Source: Craspedostauros australis (taxonomy: Eukaryota). From it: 34,501 nt of DNA. The DNA is taken from positions 1-34,501 of the forward strand of contig JALAGF010005430.1 in assembly GCA_030167865.1 (NCBI GenBank). Direction: 5' to 3'. This document shows positions 1 through 9,726 of the stretch, one piece after another. The translations under genes were made by a program, and so were the position numbers. Under the pieces are notes generated by a model. It saw nothing but the letters and a program-made list of their open reading frames with translations, made no database searches and had not been told where the DNA came from. Position 1 is the first letter of the stretch, and every line of letters begins with the position of its first letter.

Positions 1-183
1 AGTCTCGGCATCAGTTCGTGCAATGAAAGGGAGGTGGCACCAGCAACCATTCCAACCTCATTGGCGGAGACAAACGGAAGACCCAAGGAAGAATGGAACA
101 CCCTGGCGACATGGTGGCAACACAGTAAGTGGCATGCGATGAACAAGCTGAAGAACGATGGTGACGCACCAGCGTCATTTTGA
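1..183 (+). CDS. Possible 3' end of an ORF entering from the left (unknown product, possibly transposon-encoded)
   Basis: Frame +1 is open from base 1 to TGA at 181-183 (SLGISSCNEREVAP...NTLATWWQHSKWHAMNKLKNDGDAPASF*). No recognisable family. Confidence 0.25.
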   Translation, partial: SLGISSCNEREVAPATIPTSLAETNGRPKEEWNTLATWWQHSKWHAMNKLKNDGDAPASF

Positions 184-300
184 CTCCAAGAGAATGTGGT
201 TCGTTAAAGCATCGGAATTCGCGCGTAAAAACACATGAAATGAGGTGGAGAACACCGTTTTTGTATGAAAAAGTACTTTTCTGATGCACTAATGATGGAG

Positions 301-470
301 ATTACCGCGCCTCCCTGTAGGTGCGGTAATTGAACATATTGTTATTATTATGCAATGTGCGCGACCCAACTTCCTGTGTCACACCGTTGCCATAATTTTG
401 TGTTGTCTGCGTGGATTGTCGTGGACAACATTCTAATAGAAATATGGTAGATTATTACCGCTTCCCCCTG
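301..470. mobile_element. Cluster of TIR-like motifs (CAGGG...GCGGTAAT), possible Tc1/mariner-type ends or MITE
   Basis: attaccgcgcctccctg (301-317) is followed by TA. An inverted partial copy ggtgcggtaat lies at 320-330 and a direct copy attaccgcttccccctg at 454-470 (14/17 identical to the first). Confidence 0.4.
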
Positions 471-1304
471 ACGCCAGAAAAGCATGTCAGTCGCGTGGAA
501 GAGAGCGGGACGAGTCCTCAGATGCGTCGGTGCTTTTCTTGGTCAGCGATGTCGACAAAGGTTTTCTTCCACCGGCGACATTCTCCCGATTTGGATATTC
601 GCCTGATTAAACTCGGAAGATCGTACACGCCCTCCCATGCAATAATGCGTGTCAACACGAGAGGGCCAGAGCGTTCGATGGAGCTGCCAAGAGTTATCCC
701 ACACTTCAATGCGCTCCATGTGTGATACTCGTGGATGCTGCAGCCGAGCAGTCCTCTCAATCGTTCCAAACACATGTTCTGTCTCCACCAGAGAGACTCT
801 GCCATCCCGAAAGACAGCGTGAGAGCAGCGACATTCGCCCGAGCGTCACCAGCAACAACAAAAGTGGCGACATTGACGACGGCATTGCCAATGGCAGCGC
901 ATCATGAGCGCGTGAACGATGAGGAGCGCGACCACAACAAGACAATCCTCAAATTCGTTGTCGTGTGCGTCATTGACGTTTTCTGTGACGTGATATCTCG
1001 ACGAAGATCCAGCAAGCCCGGCTCGCAGAAACGAAAACGGGAAGAGAAACTCGCGCGTCTGGCGTCGACAAGTGACGCGAGAAGAAGACGGAAGCGGGAA
1101 AGTGGTTGTTTCAACATCCCAGCCCTTTCGAGATGCAGCAATTCCGACAGTTGACAACTCGCAACGAACCATCAACACTCCGGGCGGAGAAACAGAATCG
1201 AAAAAGGCAGCCAGAGAAGACGGAGAGAGAAATACCAGATCAACTGACGTTGGCTTGCAAAACACGGCGCAGCGGATGCGCTGGTCGATCTGCACTTGTT
1301 TCGG

Positions 1305-2541
1305 ACCCACTTGAGTGACAGCGCCTGCAGTCCGTCCTGGGGTGCCAGCAACATACGGGGATGAAAACCAAACCACTCACATATTCATAAACTAGATACA
1401 ATCATAAGATGCGGAGTGGACGTTGATTTTGGTCTAAGGTCTTATTTTAATTTTTATGGACCTTTGTAGATTTACGGTCCTCTTGGTCGAATATGCATTC
1501 TGCTTCGTGATGATCACATGGCACTCATCAGGCTTTCCGACGCAAACAACGTGACGTGCTCAGACACGTTCGGGAAAGAACATTTGTTGACGGGTTGCGG
1601 ACAGAAGTTTGAGTTTCAGCGACGTCCTTGTTTGACCTGTCCGAACACATTTTCTTGGCTAGTAACCGTTATGAGACAGTAACATTCAAATTCAAATTTG
1701 ACCCCCGTCACATGCCACAAATCCCCTCACATTTCAGCACAGAATCAACCTTTGCTTCTCTGAGATGGTGTGCTTTGCTTATTGCATGTTGATGCAGTGT
1801 TTGTATCATCACCTTCTTGCACTCCTCCTGTTCAGTTCACTTCCATCACTAGTAGTCTTCTCCATCCACCCATCAGGATCAATCAGTATCAATCAGCATC
1901 ATGCTTGTCTCTACCACGAAAGCTGCGTCCAAGGATGTCAATCCTTCCCCCTCCACAAAGCAACGTTTGCCATCCTCTCCATCCGTGCGCCCCTTTCCAT
2001 CAGATCCAATTGATCACAAAGAGCTGTTTGTGCTATCTGCTGCTGAGAAGTTGTTGCCTCCATTGGATATGGATGATAAGCAGCACATTCTGCTACCTAC
2101 AACAGACAACAGCAGAAGAGGAGGAAATTGCGCTGCAACAAGAAGAAACGAAACATCTGAGCGAATTGCGTGTGAGACACAAACCAAATCTCCCAGGATG
2201 GTGGAACAAAATGTGACAACCCAATTGTTGCAACGAGTCAGAGCCGCAATGCAGGGACTAAAAAAATAAAATAGCATTGAAATTGACATCGACAATCCTT
2301 CTTTTGGCGTTACAAATCAAGGCACTAACAAACCAAGTCTGGCCGTAGTGCGCTAGTTGAGTCTAGATGAGCGGAAAATCGAGAGGTCCATAGAAATTAA
2401 AATAAGGATTTAGATCAAAATCGGCCTCCACAGGGCATCTTATGATGTATCTAGTTTAATAATGTGTGAGTGGTTTGGTTGAAATCCTTATATGTTGCCA
2501 CCCTTCCAGGACTGATTGCAGGTCCCGTCACCCAAGTGGGT
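1305..2541. mobile_element. Region bounded by ~160-bp diverged inverted repeats; putative non-autonomous long-TIR DNA transposon relic
   Basis: The reverse complement of 1305-1463 aligns to 2384-2541 at about 79% (hand count 126/159, one 1-nt indel). Weaker similarity continues on both sides. No TSD and no intact ORF found. Confidence 0.6.
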
Positions 2542-2624
2542 GATAAAGAACCAGAGCTCCGACTTGGGCATGCAACAACGGGCCAATACGTCTTCATTAA
2601 AGTAGTTACTTGTGCACTTTGACA

Positions 2625-2682
2625 ACAATCACAATCACAATCACAATCACAATCACAACCACAACCACAACCACAACCACAA
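2625..2682 (+). repeat. Compound hexamer microsatellite (ACAATC)5(ACAACC)4
   Basis: Read directly; produces the spurious TITITI/TTTT N-terminus of ORF 2610..4295. Confidence 0.95.
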
Positions 2683-2783
2683 AACTCCAACCACCGAACC
2701 CAAGGCACAGTATTTTTATTGAAGGAAGAATCCAGTCGAGGACTTGCATCCCACAAGAAGGAACACCAACATCCCACGCAACA

Positions 2784-4295
2784 ATGGCAGAGAAAGAGCG
2801 AGAACGCACGGCGGAGGCGCCCAAGGCGCGCAAAGCAACAACGAGCTTTGCCCGCACCATAGGTGGAGTGGTGGGCTTCGTCTGCGCGATGCTGGTGGCC
2901 GATCAAAAGATGCTCTCTGAGTTCCTCATTCCGCAAAGTACAGATCTGCGTGCCGCCGTCAATGGCTCTGGCGTTGACGAAGAAGCCCCCTCCACAACGA
3001 TCGTCGCCGAGGGCACTCCCAACGCTGAACGTGATGCACCAATCGCAGGCAACGAGAGCACCATGAGCACCGAGCCTGCCACCGCTGCAATGAACGGAAG
3101 CAATATGCCTCCTCCAATATCTGCCACCGCCAACAACGCAAGCCAACCAACGCCACAACGGCCCGTGCGTATCCGGAGGATGAGACATCGATCATGTTAC
3201 GCGCGTCATTTCGATGTTCCACAGGTGGTCACGTACGATCCTGCTTACGTCTTTGAAATGAAGGTTCCCTTCTACGTATACGAAGATCAACTCAGCATGG
3301 CAGACATGACATCGTGCGGGGTTCCACTTGGGATGACGGCTTACGCATTCTTCAAGCACTCCGATGACTACTGGATGCTCCAAAGTGCACTAGTTCATCC
3401 CATGCGGACCAAGAATGCGACAGAAGCAAAGCTCTTCTTCGTGCCATTTCTAATGAACGCTCTCGTTGACTGTATCGCATGGACAAATCGCTATCTTTGC
3501 ATCCACGATGGGATGACATGCTTCGATCATACCGTCACCCCGAATGTGAACATCAACTGGGCGGACACGATGCTGGGACGATCAGAGTATTTCCGACGCT
3601 TCAATGGTGCAGATCATGTCATGGTCGCTTCACACTACGCAGCATCACTCCACTACAGGCTGTTTGCCCGCTTCACCAACATAATGTCTTCCCACCGTGT
3701 CATCTTCGAGAATGCCCCTCAACGCTGGCCAAAAAGCACGCTACCACCCCGCATCACAATGCAGAATCTCTACGTTGCCAACCAGGGATGCCAGGCCGTG
3801 CCGCCCAACGAGAAGACTGCGGACTTCGCACTCATCGCTTCCATGAAACCGAACGACAGAAACTTCGATGACCGTGCGCACATTTGCGAATGGATCGCAG
3901 ACGCAAACTACTCCAACACCAACTGCGGCGCTGGGAAGATGTGCCCAGCTCTGGCCAACGCCAGGTTCGGCTTCCATGCTCGGGGCGATACCTATGGCTC
4001 TAATAGGCCCTTGGATATCGTTGTATCCGAGACCGTGCCGGTATTCACGCATGAGGAGCAGTACCGCATACTGCCAGATTTCGCAAGGTTCCGAGAAATG
4101 AGCTACCTTGTGAATGTCTCGTCTGCAGCAGCATTCCACGACACGATCCGACCTTTGCTGGAACTGACGCTCGAGGAGTACACCGCGAAGCTGGCCGTTG
4201 TGAAGGCGAATGCCCGACGCGTAGACGTCACAACAGGCGAGCCGTTCGACATCTACATGGCGGAGTTTGCAAGAAAGTTAGAGTTTCAGGGTTAA
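2784..4295 (+). CDS. Exostosin-family (GT47) glycosyltransferase-like type II membrane protein, 503 aa, intronless
   Basis: First ATG at 2784 (MAEKERE). N-terminal TM (TIGGVVGFVCAMLVA) and a low-complexity stem, then GT47-like motifs PFYVYE, HPMRTKNATEAKLFFVPF, YFRRFNGADHVMVASH and RFGFHARGDTYGSNRPLD...VPVF. Confidence 0.8.
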   Translation: MAEKERERTAEAPKARKATTSFARTIGGVVGFVCAMLVADQKMLSEFLIPQSTDLRAAVNGSGVDEEAPSTTIVAEGTPNAERDAPIAGNESTMSTEPATAAMNGSNMPPPISATANNASQPTPQRPVRIRRMRHRSCYARHFDVPQVVTYDPAYVFEMKVPFYVYEDQLSMADMTSCGVPLGMTAYAFFKHSDDYWMLQSALVHPMRTKNATEAKLFFVPFLMNALVDCIAWTNRYLCIHDGMTCFDHTVTPNVNINWADTMLGRSEYFRRFNGADHVMVASHYAASLHYRLFARFTNIMSSHRVIFENAPQRWPKSTLPPRITMQNLYVANQGCQAVPPNEKTADFALIASMKPNDRNFDDRAHICEWIADANYSNTNCGAGKMCPALANARFGFHARGDTYGSNRPLDIVVSETVPVFTHEEQYRILPDFARFREMSYLVNVSSAAAFHDTIRPLLELTLEEYTAKLAVVKANARRVDVTTGEPFDIYMAEFARKLEFQG

Positions 4296-4660
4296 TGGGT
4301 CGAGGTGCACCAACTCGTACGTTCTAATATCCCTAAGACCCCATTCAGGGTACAATCGCACGCTTCTGCCGATTTTTTATCGGACAACATTGCTTTGTTA
4401 GCACGCGATGTAGCGTCTAGTTGAATGACAATTAAGAACAAACTACTTTCCATTTTAGTGTGTCCCATGTCGTTGCCTGAAATTCACTTTTGACACAAAA
4501 TCTTCCAACGACGAATACAGAAATAACCCTCTGTTCTCTTCTCCCCCCTTTTTCATTCACGGACCATCACCGATGTTAGAACAGATTTTTGTATCTAGAC
4601 AGTAGCAGTTTCGACTGAGGTGGCCTGGTAGGCAGAGCGGTTCGATTCCATAGCACTTGA

Positions 4661-5234
4661 TGTCATAACACGCCGACTCAAAGGGCACAACTAACTCGGT
4701 CCAAGCTGCTCAGGGACTTATGCTCCCCTGAATTCTTGAATTGCAAATTGTCTCGATTCCCTTGTCAGCTATGACACTTGCTTTCACTACATGGCCATAG
4801 CAAGGGGATCCAACCTGCTTCAACACAAGCAGGGAATCCAGCTGTAATTCCATCCACCTGCCTGCTGTATCTTCACTTGCAACCTCAACAAGATGTCAAG
4901 CTCTTGTACTTGAATGCTGGAAGCCTAATGCAGGCGGTGAAAGGGCAGAGAGCAAGGAACCTTGTCTTTTATCAACACTGAGCCTCTGAGGATCAGTGCA
5001 GAGCCGCACCAGCCATTTGAACATTGTTTCTTCATCCTACATTCACCATCTGATCAACTCACAATTCAGACTATTCAAATAACAAATAGCACAACTCAAG
5101 ATCAGTACAAACAACACTATTCTATTCATTGTCAATACTAATACTTCCCCAGACAGTCATCCCTCATGAACTGCATCAACCAGTGTCCTAGAAACTGGCA
5201 GTCAGCAAGGTCTTCCTTTCCGGATCGTGTCACA
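4661..5234. mobile_element. CpG-depleted repeat relic, possibly a solo LTR
   Basis: Only 2 CpG in 4761-5220, versus several per 60 nt in flanking genes. Ends read TGTCATAACACG...CGTGTCACA (TG..CA, imperfect inverted). No TSD found. Confidence 0.4.
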
Positions 5235-5514
5235 ACAGCGCACAAAAAATTTAGTTCGATTCAACAAAGTGACCCACGTGCACGCCTCGTGACTAATGCA
5301 GTTCGTGAATGGACAATGCTCACATCAACTTCCTCTACCCACATCCATCCGTCGAAATGTTCCGCTTTGATTCCGCTCCTCTCTTGCGCATCGCAGAATC
5401 ACGAACAAGAGAAGAACGGAAATGTGGCGGCCATACCCAAGGCGAGTATTTCGCAGTCAGGATATTGCTCCACCCTTCTATACTAACCATTGCGTGCAAT
5501 TCAATAGAAGAAGG

Positions 5515-6360
5515 ATGCCACCACCAGATCACTTCATCGATGCGCCCGTGTCGCTGGGAAACTTCTTCCCTCTCGAGAGCGACGAGGAAGATGAGGCCGA
5601 TGCGCAGAACGAAAATGGGGGCGTGGCGGAGCTGGACAACTGTTACGAAGTGCAGGATGTCACGTTGACGGGTCGATCGCTGAAAGTGCGACAGTACGCC
5701 TACCATTCGCACAACGCCAACCGGGTTTGGCCAGGCACGTTCAATCTGTCAGACTACTTGCTGGCCCGTACCGCGGAGGATGAGCCGGTGCATCAATTGG
5801 GCTCGGTGTTGGAGCTAGGTTCGGCCACAGGGCTGCTGGCAATTCGGTTGCACTTCAGCGATGCGTGTTCCGAGGTTGTGACGAGCGACGTGGACGATGA
5901 GAACGGAGACGTACAGGATAACGTACGGCACAACTTCGAACTCAACGGGGTCTGCATAGATGAGCAGCCGTTGCATGTTCCGCACACATGGGGCACGGGA
6001 TGGAAGCAATCTGCCAAGCTGCATGGAGGGATTGAGGCAAAGCACTTCGATACGATCGTCGCCAGCGATATTTTGCTCTACGTCTCAGCGTACCCGGCCT
6101 TGGTGCAAACGCTGGAAGAGCTCATTCCAGCCGCGGATTCTGATCTCAAGCAGCAGGAGCAGCAATTTATCATGAGCTGGAATCGTCGGTTGAAGGAATC
6201 GGCGGAGTTCTTTGAAAGGATGGAAGCGGCCAACTTTGAACACAAGCATCTGGGGAAATGCGTGTACCGTTTCGTCCGTAGCTCGACATCAGGGTCAACA
6301 GCACCGCCAACAGATGCGGGGAAACAGAAGCCAGCAACTGAGCCGAAGGAGCAGAGATAG
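5515..6360 (+). CDS. Class I SAM-dependent protein methyltransferase, Methyltransf_16 (METTL21/EEF1AKMT-like)
   Basis: Motifs ANRVWPGTFNLSDYL, VLELGSATGLLAI (motif I), VVTSD, HTWG and FDTIVASDILLY. Start may be ATG 5515 or upstream ATG 5422 (possible GC-AG intron 5442-5507). Confidence 0.85.
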   Translation: MPPPDHFIDAPVSLGNFFPLESDEEDEADAQNENGGVAELDNCYEVQDVTLTGRSLKVRQYAYHSHNANRVWPGTFNLSDYLLARTAEDEPVHQLGSVLELGSATGLLAIRLHFSDACSEVVTSDVDDENGDVQDNVRHNFELNGVCIDEQPLHVPHTWGTGWKQSAKLHGGIEAKHFDTIVASDILLYVSAYPALVQTLEELIPAADSDLKQQEQQFIMSWNRRLKESAEFFERMEAANFEHKHLGKCVYRFVRSSTSGSTAPPTDAGKQKPATEPKEQR

Positions 6361-6585
6361 CAATTGTTTCGATGATATGTGTCGCCGCCCAAGCTAAGCT
6401 CAACTGCAGGGAGCGTTGCGAAGAGCGGAAGTGGAAGAGCACAAACTAAAGATGCCATCAGAGCAGACTTTTCCGTCTCAACTTGGAAGCAGCAGCTTCG
6501 ATGGAGACACAGTTCGGCGCGAAGAGAGTTGTGCAGTGCAGAGCGGAGGTGATGACTAGCGATGACGACATATAGATTGGAGCAG

Positions 6586-6601
6586 TCTCTCTCTCTCTCT
6601 C
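6586..6601 (+). repeat. (TC)8 microsatellite
   Basis: Read directly, between two convergent 3' ends. Confidence 0.9.
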
Positions 6602-6814
6602 CTTCCCTCTACAGACGAAGTGTAAACAGTAAATGTAGAGGGTATTCAGGAATGGTTCGGCAGTTCTAATTCATTCCCAATCCATTGTCATGCTTCCCGT
6701 TCAAGCATGCCTTGCGTCTGCGGAAACCGCACGTCATGCACAGACTTGTCTCATAGCGCCGCCGCCGCAACAGCTCACAACGATGGAGACGTCACACATT
6801 GCCAAGGGAGAAGA

Positions 6815-8407
6815 CTAAAAACGGTACACGCCGCCGACGGAGACAATACCATTGAAGATGTACGTGTTGTCCAACGGCACGTACTGTCCCGTGATGAGCT
6901 TCACGGCCTCTTGCGACGCAACGCCTCCAACCACGCTTGCGATGTTGTGGATTTCCGCATTGGCGTACCGTGTGAATTCGTGCGCCATCTTCATCTCGGC
7001 ATCCTTGAGCAGGGTGGTGGAGACGAGGTCGTTGTCCGACATCTTGTAGTGCTCAGCGACCTCCGCGATGCAGTCCTGCAGCTTCGGTATGTCCGCCTTC
7101 CAGTCATCCGTGGTTCCTGGATATCGCTGGTTCTTTGCGAAGAAGACGTTGCACGCGCGGAATCCGAGATACCAGAGGAAGGGCGTGTGCTCGGGAGCTT
7201 CGTAGGGATCGAACGTTGCCATGCCCCAGTCTTCCACCAGCTCGTCGTCCACGGTCGTGGAGGTGAATTCTTCCACCAGGGTTCTCGTCTTGAGTTGGCC
7301 GATGGAAAACACGTTGGCACACAGGGTCTGCAGATCATCGTCGGAGACTGCGGTTTCAGCACCCAACAGCGCTTTCATTTCCTTGACATCGGCCATCGCT
7401 TGGTCTTTGTACAGTGCCTGGAGCTTGACGTAAATGTCGGTGGAGGCGGTCATATCTGGAATGGATCCATTCAGGGGCGCGCGGCCATGCTTGTCCAGGA
7501 ACTGCTTGAGAGCAGACAGCAGCTGGCTGAGCTTGGAATCGGCATCGATGGAAGCGGACAATTCATCCATGTAATCGATGGCCCGTTCCGTGTAGGCAAG
7601 GTAGGCATTTTGTGTGGCCTCCTGGAAATTGAGTTGCTTGGCAAAGTCCCGACTCATGGTCTCGATCGCCTTGCGGAACTCCGCCTTCTCATCCATCGTC
7701 TTGGGCAGGTTACCGTCGTGTCCCGCCTTCCAGTCCTGGCTGATCTTGTGCAGAATGAGCGGGTACGGGATGTGGCCATGCTCGTGATCCTTGAGTTCGC
7801 TCCACTGGATGGACGACGCCAGTTCGTCGAGGGCCGGGAAGGATTGCTTCAAGCGCAGATCCGGCGGCGAGTTGGTTGGTTTGGGGTCCATGAGGGCAAG
7901 TGTGGGAGTTTGCAAACGCACGACGCCGATGAGTCCGTACGACGAGACCGCCACGAGAGAGAGCTTGTCAGCATCGCAGGCGGACGAGACCGTCTGCAGG
8001 ACATTGGGCTCCAAATCGCTCGCAATGACGATGATCTGCTTGCTGGCTTCGTTCTTGCAGGTGGTGAAGAGCTCGGACCAGTTGGAGATACCGGCCAGCG
8101 ACGGCACGTGCTGGAAGGTGCCCTTGACGTCCGGATTGAGCTCCTGGAGGTTGGCGCAGGCCAGTTCGGCGCGGGAGAGAGGGTCCTCGTCGGCCAGGAA
8201 GAAGTTGGACGAGACCTCCGTGTGCGTCGCCTTCTCCGCATCATCCACCACGTGGATATGCCCCACGCCTGGCAGCACGAGGTTCTTGAGGGTCTCCGTG
8301 CCCGCGGCAGTTGCGCGAAGCAGCACGACGGTGGTCTCTCCCAATGCCTGCTGCCCCTTGGCACCCCAAAGCCGCAGTTGTCTATCGTACTTGTTGTTGG
8401 TCGCCAT
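6815..8407 (-). CDS. NAE1: NEDD8-activating enzyme E1 regulatory subunit (APP-BP1/ULA1/AXR1), 530 aa, intronless
   Basis: KYDRQLRLWGAKGQQAL, TETLKNLVLPGVG, LQELNPDVKG, EHGHIPY, PLNGSIPDMTASTDIYVKLQALY, EIHNIASVVGGVASQEAVKLITGQYVPLDNTYIFNG. Confidence 0.96.
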   Translation of the reverse strand: MATNNKYDRQLRLWGAKGQQALGETTVVLLRATAAGTETLKNLVLPGVGHIHVVDDAEKATHTEVSSNFFLADEDPLSRAELACANLQELNPDVKGTFQHVPSLAGISNWSELFTTCKNEASKQIIVIASDLEPNVLQTVSSACDADKLSLVAVSSYGLIGVVRLQTPTLALMDPKPTNSPPDLRLKQSFPALDELASSIQWSELKDHEHGHIPYPLILHKISQDWKAGHDGNLPKTMDEKAEFRKAIETMSRDFAKQLNFQEATQNAYLAYTERAIDYMDELSASIDADSKLSQLLSALKQFLDKHGRAPLNGSIPDMTASTDIYVKLQALYKDQAMADVKEMKALLGAETAVSDDDLQTLCANVFSIGQLKTRTLVEEFTSTTVDDELVEDWGMATFDPYEAPEHTPFLWYLGFRACNVFFAKNQRYPGTTDDWKADIPKLQDCIAEVAEHYKMSDNDLVSTTLLKDAEMKMAHEFTRYANAEIHNIASVVGGVASQEAVKLITGQYVPLDNTYIFNGIVSVGGVYRF

Positions 8408-8411
8408 GCTG

Positions 8412-8471
8412 TCTCTCTCTCTCTCTCTCTGTGTGTGTTTGGGTTGTTGCTGCTGCTGCTGCTGCTGCTGC
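8412..8471 (+). repeat. Compound microsatellite (TC)n(GT)n...(TGC)8 immediately 5' of the NAE1 start
   Basis: Read directly. Confidence 0.9.
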
Positions 8472-8718
8472 CTCTTGTGATGGTGCTGCCTCTGATGGAG
8501 TCGATTGATTGCTCAACGTTGGCGTGCTGTGACTACCTGATACTCAATGGATTTGTGACCTCCAAATGACGCGGAGTTCTTCGATGGATGTTGCGCTTGG
8601 TTCCAATATATCATATGTATTCGGTTCTCCGACGCGCTTTGATCGATGTGGAAACGTTGTTGTTGCTTGTGATACTCGTCGGCACACGATCGAGGAGGAG
8701 GGTTGGCGTGGTGTTACA

Positions 8719-8743
8719 AATACTGTGATAATACTGTGATAAT
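8719..8743 (+). repeat. 11-bp tandem duplication (AATACTGTGAT)2
   Basis: Read directly; intergenic. Confidence 0.8.
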
Positions 8744-9726
8744 GCTGGTGGCATGTGTGGGTTTCGCTGCTGTTGTGTTGGCGACATCGTGTTTGTGTTC
8801 CTCTCCTCTTGATCGATCGAAACTCCATCCGCTTCGTTTCGTATCTTTGCCGCCGCCTTTGTGACATTTTGCATTCTCGTTGCTCCACGTTTGCCCAACT
8901 CTCCAGAGCGTTTGGCAGGTTACTGCAGCCAACATAGTAGCAGATTTTGGTGGAGGAATCAGCCTCATGACCATTACCATCAAGAGTTGGCAACGCTGCA
9001 CTGCACTACAACAACTACGACCGACTACTGCTACTTTCTCAATTGATACATCATGATGCAATACATATTGGTGATTGCATCTTGTTACAGTCGCCAACCC
9101 ACTTTCAACAAGAGCACTCCATGCCAACCATCGTTCACGTCCTTTCGCCTTTTCAGCTTATTGACCCTCCCAGTGAGGAGTGGTGAGCGCCGACAGTGTG
9201 CGCAGCATGAAATGTGGCATGGTCTTGCCACATGTTCTGTGTCCATTTCAACCACCGAATGGCGACGGAGCGCCTACCACTGGCCAGATGAAAACCACCC
9301 ACGCACACACCGATCGTTTGCATGTGTGTAGAGCGCGAGTATTCGGCGTCGACTCTTGTGTTTGAGGCATGGCGACATTCGCGGATCTGCGTTTGTTGGT
9401 GCCGATGGCTCCATGAACTTTTTCGATCGCATCTCGCTGCGGCCACAGCGTCACTTAGTACCGATGATGAGAAAGAGGAAGACGACCGGCTGCCATCATC
9501 CACTCGTTCTCTCGTTTCAATGAAAGCGGCAACGGCGTCGTCGACATTATCATCGCCGCCACCAAGTAGCTCACAGCCGCTCAATCACATCTGCTTCCCT
9601 CTTCTCTTTCCTTCTCTTCTATTATATTATACAATATCTTGCAACCACAGAGCAGCACATGGGTGAGCGAATCATGTGGATTGTTTCGTATCGTACTGCA
9701 TCTCCACCCACTGCCCACAATCATGA

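Noticed and set aside
1770..2269. ORFs inside the inverted repeat containing LPGWWNK (hAT dimerisation-like WW)
   Set aside because: The rest of the hAT motif is absent and the frames are broken; not assignable.
2610..2783. N-terminal extension of the GT47 ORF (TITITI...)
   Set aside because: Non-ATG start and translated microsatellite; first ATG is at 2784.
4400..4480. Possible fifth copy of the subterminal motif (gatg tagc gtctagttga), which would place the GT47 gene inside an element
   Set aside because: Needs an indel and several mismatches; not distinguishable from chance by eye.
6707..8569. 620-aa plus-strand ORF fully overlapping NAE1
   Set aside because: It is exactly codon-aligned antisense to NAE1, as expected when a GC3-rich gene avoids TTA/CTA/TCA. 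No motifs, and its C-terminus is translated microsatellite.
8570..9700. Short ORFs between NAE1 and the transporter
   Set aside because: No motifs, codon bias or coherent exon structure; consistent with UTR and promoter.
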